Shown here in pieces: positions 20,366 through 24,000 of a stretch of 24,000 bases of DNA. The DNA is from Polyangia bacterium (GTDB taxonomy: Bacteria; Myxococcota_A; Polyangia; Palsa-1104). Positions within the stretch are counted from its first letter, which is position 1, and every line of letters starts with the position of its first letter. The stretch is taken from positions 4,914 through 28,913 of the forward strand of contig JBDTCO010000093.1 of assembly GCA_039923495.1 (NCBI GenBank). Reading direction: 5' to 3'. A program made the position numbers and the translations under genes. The notes beneath the pieces are model-generated. The model did not search any database. It was not told the origin of the DNA and was given only the letters and a program-made list of their open reading frames with translations.

Positions 20366-21277
20366 GTGAGCAACACCGACTCGACAAAACCGTTCGTGAG
20401 CAGGCGCGGCACCGTCACCCCGTTCAACATCAAGGTGCTCGGCGCGCCGAAGCAGCGCCTCGGCGACCTCTACCACCGCTTCCTGCGCGTCTCCTGGGGG
20501 CAGGCGCTCTCGGCGATGGTCGTGGTCTTTCTATCGATCAACCTCGTGTTCGCCGCGATCTACGACCTCATCGGCGGCATCGAGCACGCGCGGCCGGGCT
20601 CGTACGCGGACGCCTTCTTCTTCTCCGTGCAGACGATGGCGACCATCGGCTACGGCGACATGCACCCTTCGACGACGGGAGCCAACTGCGTGATGGTGAC
20701 CGAGGCGATGGTGAGCCTCCTCGTCACCGCGCTCGTCACCGGCCTCATGTTCGCGAAGTTCTCCGTCTCGAACGCGCGCATCGTCTTCACCAGGGAGGTC
20801 GCGATCCACCCGATGGACGACGTGCCCACGCTCACGTTCCGGCTCGGCAACGCGCGCGGTAACCAGATCGTCGAGGCGCAGCTCCGCGTCGTCATGATGC
20901 GCACCGAGACGACGAAGGAAGGCGTCGTCTTTTACCGCATGTACGACCTCGCGCTCCGTCGCGAACGCTCGCAGGCGTTCACGCGCTCGTGGACCGCGCT
21001 GCACGCGATCGACGACAAGAGCCCGCTCTTTGGTGCCACGCCGGAGTCCCTCGTGCGCGACGAGATCGAGCTCATCGTCAGCGTCATCGGCATCGACGAC
21101 ACCTCGATGCAGCAGGTCCACGCGCGCCACACGTACGACGCGAGCAAGATCCTCTTCGGCGCGCGCCACGTCGACATCCTGCTCGAGCAGCCGAACGGCG
21201 ACTTCGTGCTCGACCTGACCCGGTTCCAGGACCTGCAGCCCACCACTCCGACCGCGACGTTTCCTTATCCCGCTTGA
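20366..21277 (+). CDS. Inward-rectifier-type potassium channel (KirBac family)
   Basis: Collinear similarity to KirBac1.1 as I recall it: slide helix DLYHRFLRVSW, TM1, pore helix plus filter FFFSVQTMATIGYGDMHP, TM2, and the Ig-like cytoplasmic domain (SPLFGATPESL, ARH..., TRFQD). GTG start at 20366. Confidence 0.9.
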   Translation: MSNTDSTKPFVSRRGTVTPFNIKVLGAPKQRLGDLYHRFLRVSWGQALSAMVVVFLSINLVFAAIYDLIGGIEHARPGSYADAFFFSVQTMATIGYGDMHPSTTGANCVMVTEAMVSLLVTALVTGLMFAKFSVSNARIVFTREVAIHPMDDVPTLTFRLGNARGNQIVEAQLRVVMMRTETTKEGVVFYRMYDLALRRERSQAFTRSWTALHAIDDKSPLFGATPESLVRDEIELIVSVIGIDDTSMQQVHARHTYDASKILFGARHVDILLEQPNGDFVLDLTRFQDLQPTTPTATFPYPA

Positions 21278-21297
21278 TCGCGGTTATGCTGCGCGCC

Positions 21298-21765
21298 ATG
21301 TCGACCCCACGCTTCGTCTTCGCCGCCTGCTGCGCGCTCTTCCTCGGCCTCTTCGTCGGGCTCCACGCCGAGCGCCGCGCCAACGCCGGTCCCTCCAACT
21401 GCAGCTCGTCGAGCGACTGCGCAGGGTATGGCAACTGCTCGAGCGGCCAGTGCGGCGCCTGCAGCTCCAGCTCCGACTGCCACGGCCACGGCAACTGCTC
21501 GAACGGCCACTGCGGTGCCTGCAGCTCCAGCTCCGACTGCGGTGCCGACGGCAACTGCTCGAACGGCCACTGCGGTGCTTGCAGCTCCAGCTCCGACTGC
21601 CACGGCAACGGCAACTGCTCGAACGGTCACTGCGGGGCGTGCAGCTCCAGCTCCGATTGCAACGTCGGCACCTGCTCGAACAGCCACTGCGGCGCCTGCA
21701 GCTCCAGCTCCGACTGCCATGGCGGCACGTGCGGCGGCGGTCGTTGCAGCAACGCCGTTCGCTGA
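21298..21765 (+). CDS. Secreted or membrane-anchored Cys/His/Ser-rich repeat protein (six 4-Cys modules)
   Basis: It begins 8-20 nt after the Kir stop (ATG at 21286 or 21298), on the same strand. The N-terminus is hydrophobic (MSTPRFVFAACCALFLGLFVGLHAERRANA). Six modules of the form CSSSSDC-x3-GNCSNGHCGA follow. This frame has about 19 of 20 G/C third positions per repeat, while the alternative Ala/Thr/Pro frame does not. No named family recognised. Confidence 0.7.
   Translation: MSTPRFVFAACCALFLGLFVGLHAERRANAGPSNCSSSSDCAGYGNCSSGQCGACSSSSDCHGHGNCSNGHCGACSSSSDCGADGNCSNGHCGACSSSSDCHGNGNCSNGHCGACSSSSDCNVGTCSNSHCGACSSSSDCHGGTCGGGRCSNAVR
21400..21762 (+). repeat. In-frame tandem repeat: six units of 60 bp (units 5-6 are 57 and 66 bp)
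   Basis: Units start at 21400, 21460, 21520, 21580, 21640 and 21697. Units 2-4 differ mainly in a 9-bp variable block (cacggccac / ggtgccgac / cacggcaac). All begin tgcagctccagctccgactgc. The units abut directly with no spacers. Confidence 0.9.
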
Positions 21766-21794
21766 TTTCCCGTCGCTGACTTGCAGTCGGGCTA

Positions 21795-21812
21795 CCACGC
21801 ATAGCTGCGTGG
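21795..21812 (+). promoter_or_regulatory. Perfect 7-bp stem-loop in the 63-nt gap between the Cys-rich gene and dnaB
   Basis: CCACGCA-TAGC-TGCGTGG. No U-tract follows, so it is not a canonical terminator. Function unknown. Confidence 0.3.
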
Positions 21813-21828
21813 TGTCACACTGACGCCC

Positions 21829-23247
21829 ATGCAAGCCGCCGACGTACCGCAGTCCAGCCTCTCGAGTCGCCGGCCCACACCTCCGCACAGCCAGGAGGCC
21901 GAGGAGTCGGTCATCGGCGGCATCCTCGTGCACGCGCGCGTGTTCTCGGACGTGTCCGAGTTCCTCACGCCGGAGGACCTCTATCACCCCGCGCTGAGGG
22001 CAATCTACGAGGCGATGCTCGAGCTCGATCGCGCGAGCAAGCCCATCGATGCGCTCACGGTCGCCGAACAGATGCGCGCGGCCGAGACGTTCGACAAGCT
22101 GCGCGCGTTCGGCGGCGCCGACTACCTCACCGAGCTGATGTCGAAGGTCGTCACCGTCGAGAACATCGGCTATCACGCACGCATCGTGCGCGGCAAAGCG
22201 ACCGCGCGACGGCTCGTGCAGTCGGCCACCGAGATCGCCGCGCGCGGCTACGGCGAGTACGGCGAGGTCGACGAGTTCATCGATGAAGCGCAGCGCGAGA
22301 TCTTCGAGATCGCGCAGCGCTCGCTCAAGAGCTCCTTCGAGCACATCAAGCCCGTGCTCAAGACCACCATCACCGCGCTCGAGCGTCGGTACGAACGCAA
22401 GCAGGCCATCACCGGCGTGCCGACGAGCTACCACAAGCTCGACGAGATGACGGCCGGCTTCCAGCCTGGCGACCTCATCATCATCGCGGCGCGTCCATCG
22501 ATGGGCAAGACGTCGCTCGTCATGAACACCGTGCAGAACGCGTCCACGGAGCACAAGGTGCCCGCGCTCGTGTTCTCGCTCGAGATGAGCAAGGAGTCGC
22601 TGTGCGAGCGCCTCCTTTGCAGCCAGGCCCGCGTCGACTCGCAGAAGCTGCGCGGCGGCTTCCTCGAGACGCGTGACTGGGTGCAGATCACGAAGGCGGC
22701 GAGCGAGATCTCGGAGGCGCCGATCTACATCGACGACACCGGGTCGCCGACGCTGCTCGAGATCCGCGCCAAGGGCCGTCGCTGGCGCTCCAACCCCAAC
22801 ATCTTCAAGACGCCCGATCAGCTCGGCATGATCGTCATCGACTACATGCAGCTCATCCAGGGGCGCGCGTCGAAGGACGACAACCGCCAGCGCGAGATCG
22901 CCGAGATCTCGCGCGGCCTCAAGGGCCTCGCCAAGGAGCTGAAGGTGCCGATCATCGCGCTCTCTCAGCTCAACCGCTCGCTCGAGTCGCGCGCCGACAA
23001 GCGCCCCATGATGTCCGACCTCCGCGAGTCCGGCGCCATCGAGCAGGACGCCGACGTCATCGCCTTCATCTATCGCGACGAGGTCTACTCGAAGGACCAG
23101 TGCAAGGACGAGGACAAGGGCATCGCCGAGATCATCATCGGCAAGCAGCGCAACGGCCCGACGGGCACCGTGCGCCTCGCCTTCCTCAACCAGTACACTC
23201 GCTTCGAGAACCTCGCGCCCGGCCACGGCGGAGGCGGCGAGTACTGA
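21829..23247 (+). CDS. dnaB: Replicative DNA helicase
   Basis: PPHSQEAEESVIGGIL N-terminal domain, Walker A GARPSMGKTS, SLEMS, IDYMQL, and the RecA-like C-terminal domain with ALSQLNR and IIGKQRNGPTG. Confidence 0.95.
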   Translation: MQAADVPQSSLSSRRPTPPHSQEAEESVIGGILVHARVFSDVSEFLTPEDLYHPALRAIYEAMLELDRASKPIDALTVAEQMRAAETFDKLRAFGGADYLTELMSKVVTVENIGYHARIVRGKATARRLVQSATEIAARGYGEYGEVDEFIDEAQREIFEIAQRSLKSSFEHIKPVLKTTITALERRYERKQAITGVPTSYHKLDEMTAGFQPGDLIIIAARPSMGKTSLVMNTVQNASTEHKVPALVFSLEMSKESLCERLLCSQARVDSQKLRGGFLETRDWVQITKAASEISEAPIYIDDTGSPTLLEIRAKGRRWRSNPNIFKTPDQLGMIVIDYMQLIQGRASKDDNRQREIAEISRGLKGLAKELKVPIIALSQLNRSLESRADKRPMMSDLRESGAIEQDADVIAFIYRDEVYSKDQCKDEDKGIAEIIIGKQRNGPTGTVRLAFLNQYTRFENLAPGHGGGGEY

Positions 23248-23269
23248 GCGCCCGACACGAGCGCGCGGG

Positions 23270-23890
23270 TCAGAACTTGAGGCTGGTCTGCTGCGGCTGC
23301 AGCGTCGATTCGCCGGCGAGCACGCGCTTGTACTCGTGACGACTGACCGAGACGTAGCGCTCGTTGCCACCGATCTCGACCTGCGGGCCCTCCTTGATGG
23401 CGCGACCCTTGTCGTCGACGCGCAGGACCATCGTCGCCTTCTTGCCGCTGTGGCAGATCGTCTTTATCTCCTCGATGTCGTCGGACCACGCGAGGAGGTA
23501 CTGGCTGCCTTCGAAGAGCTCGCCGCGAAAGTCGGTGCGGAGGCCATACGCGAGCACGGGGACGCGCAGGCGATCGACGACATCGCTCAGCTCCCACACC
23601 TGCGCGCGCGAGAGGAACTGAGCCTCGTCGACGAGCAAGCAGTGGAGGCCACCTTTGTCCTCGATGTCGCGCTGCACGAGCGCGAACAGATCGTCCTCGC
23701 GCGCGAAGCCCGCGGCCTCGGCCGACAGCCCGATGCGTGAAGCGATGACCCCGGTGCCGACCCGGGTGTCGATGCTGGGTGTGAGGAGCAGCGTGCGCAT
23801 CCCACGCTCTCGGTAGTTGTGGGCGCTCTGGAGCAACGTCGTGGTCTTCCCGGCGTTCATCGCGGAGTAATAAAAATAGAGCTTTGCCAC
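23270..23890 (-). CDS. tdk: Thymidine kinase
   Basis: Near-collinear with E. coli Tdk as I recall it: (V)[63 protein letters not shown], and [11 protein letters not shown]. Alignment to E. coli MAQLYFYY suggests the GTG start at 23890; the track start ATG 23953 would add 21 residues. Confidence 0.9.
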   Translation of the reverse strand: MAKLYFYYSAMNAGKTTTLLQSAHNYRERGMRTLLLTPSIDTRVGTGVIASRIGLSAEAAGFAREDDLFALVQRDIEDKGGLHCLLVDEAQFLSRAQVWELSDVVDRLRVPVLAYGLRTDFRGELFEGSQYLLAWSDDIEEIKTICHSGKKATMVLRVDDKGRAIKEGPQVEIGGNERYVSVSRHEYKRVLAGESTLQPQQTSLKF

Positions 23891-24000
23891 GGCGCGCGAT
23901 GCTAGCAGAGCATCGTCAAAGGATGCTCGTGACGTTGTGGAGTGGAAGCGCACGACCTCACGCTCGGTCAGGTCGCGTGACTTCAGCGTACCGGTTCGGT

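Noticed and set aside
21400-21762. Regularly spaced 60-bp repeats considered as a CRISPR array
   Set aside because: The units abut directly with no unique spacers. They are in frame within a CDS with strong codon bias, and no cas genes are nearby.
21298-21765. The Cys-rich repeat protein as a multi-core RiPP precursor
   Set aside because: It has a Sec-type hydrophobic N-terminus rather than a leader peptide. There is no adjacent maturase, protease or transporter (the neighbours are the Kir channel and dnaB), and no obvious protease sites between modules. This cannot be fully excluded without genome-wide context.
21428-21823. Alternative plus-strand frames through the repeat: the Ala/Thr/Pro-rich 131-aa ORF and the Arg/Leu/Gln-rich ORF at 21450..21779
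   Set aside because: Third-position G/C content in these frames is only about half, against about 95 percent in the Cys-rich frame. They also have no signal sequence or sensible start context.
23891-23953. A longer tdk N-terminus from ATG 23953, and the inverted repeat GATGCT-n5-AGCATC inside it
   Set aside because: Alignment with E. coli Tdk begins exactly at (V)AKLYFYY, so the GTG at 23890 is more plausible. The 6-bp inverted repeat is too short to interpret. Start choice remains uncertain.

Overview
This window is a very GC-rich bacterial chromosome segment. Third codon positions are almost always G/C, so the six-frame track is full of long spurious Arg/Ala/Gly-rich ORFs. Real genes were picked by family recognition, G/C-rich third positions, Shine-Dalgarno (SD) sites, and signal or lipobox sequences. 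The content is mostly core housekeeping: glmS, moaC, trxB, a split F0 ATP-synthase operon (atpZ-atpI-atpB-atpE), pyrD, a Pal/OmpA-like lipoprotein, hemL, gyrA, dnaB and tdk. Between them lie a patatin-like lipase, a HAD-IG (cN-II-like) 5'-nucleotidase, a KirBac-type inward-rectifier K+ channel, a stand-alone cNMP-binding protein and about ten small secreted, lipoprotein or membrane ORFs of unknown function. The gene content and GC bias look myxobacterial (Sorangiineae-like), but that is only a guess. I found no tRNA, rRNA, CRISPR array, IS or prophage, toxin-antitoxin pair or recognisable defence system, and I cannot honestly claim a clearly novel multi-gene system. The best candidates for a second look are: (1) the KirBac gene followed directly by a secreted Cys/His-rich protein built from six near-identical 60-bp in-frame tandem repeats; (2) a tight trxB / cNMP-binding / DUF1415-like gene string; (3) a secreted protein with an internally duplicated unknown 2-Cys domain; (4) a tandem pair of paralogous mini-lipoproteins; (5) an ATP synthase c subunit with an N-terminal signal-like extension and a Q/E/S/Y ion-site signature; (6) a natural Ala at the GyrA position equivalent to E. 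coli Ser83.
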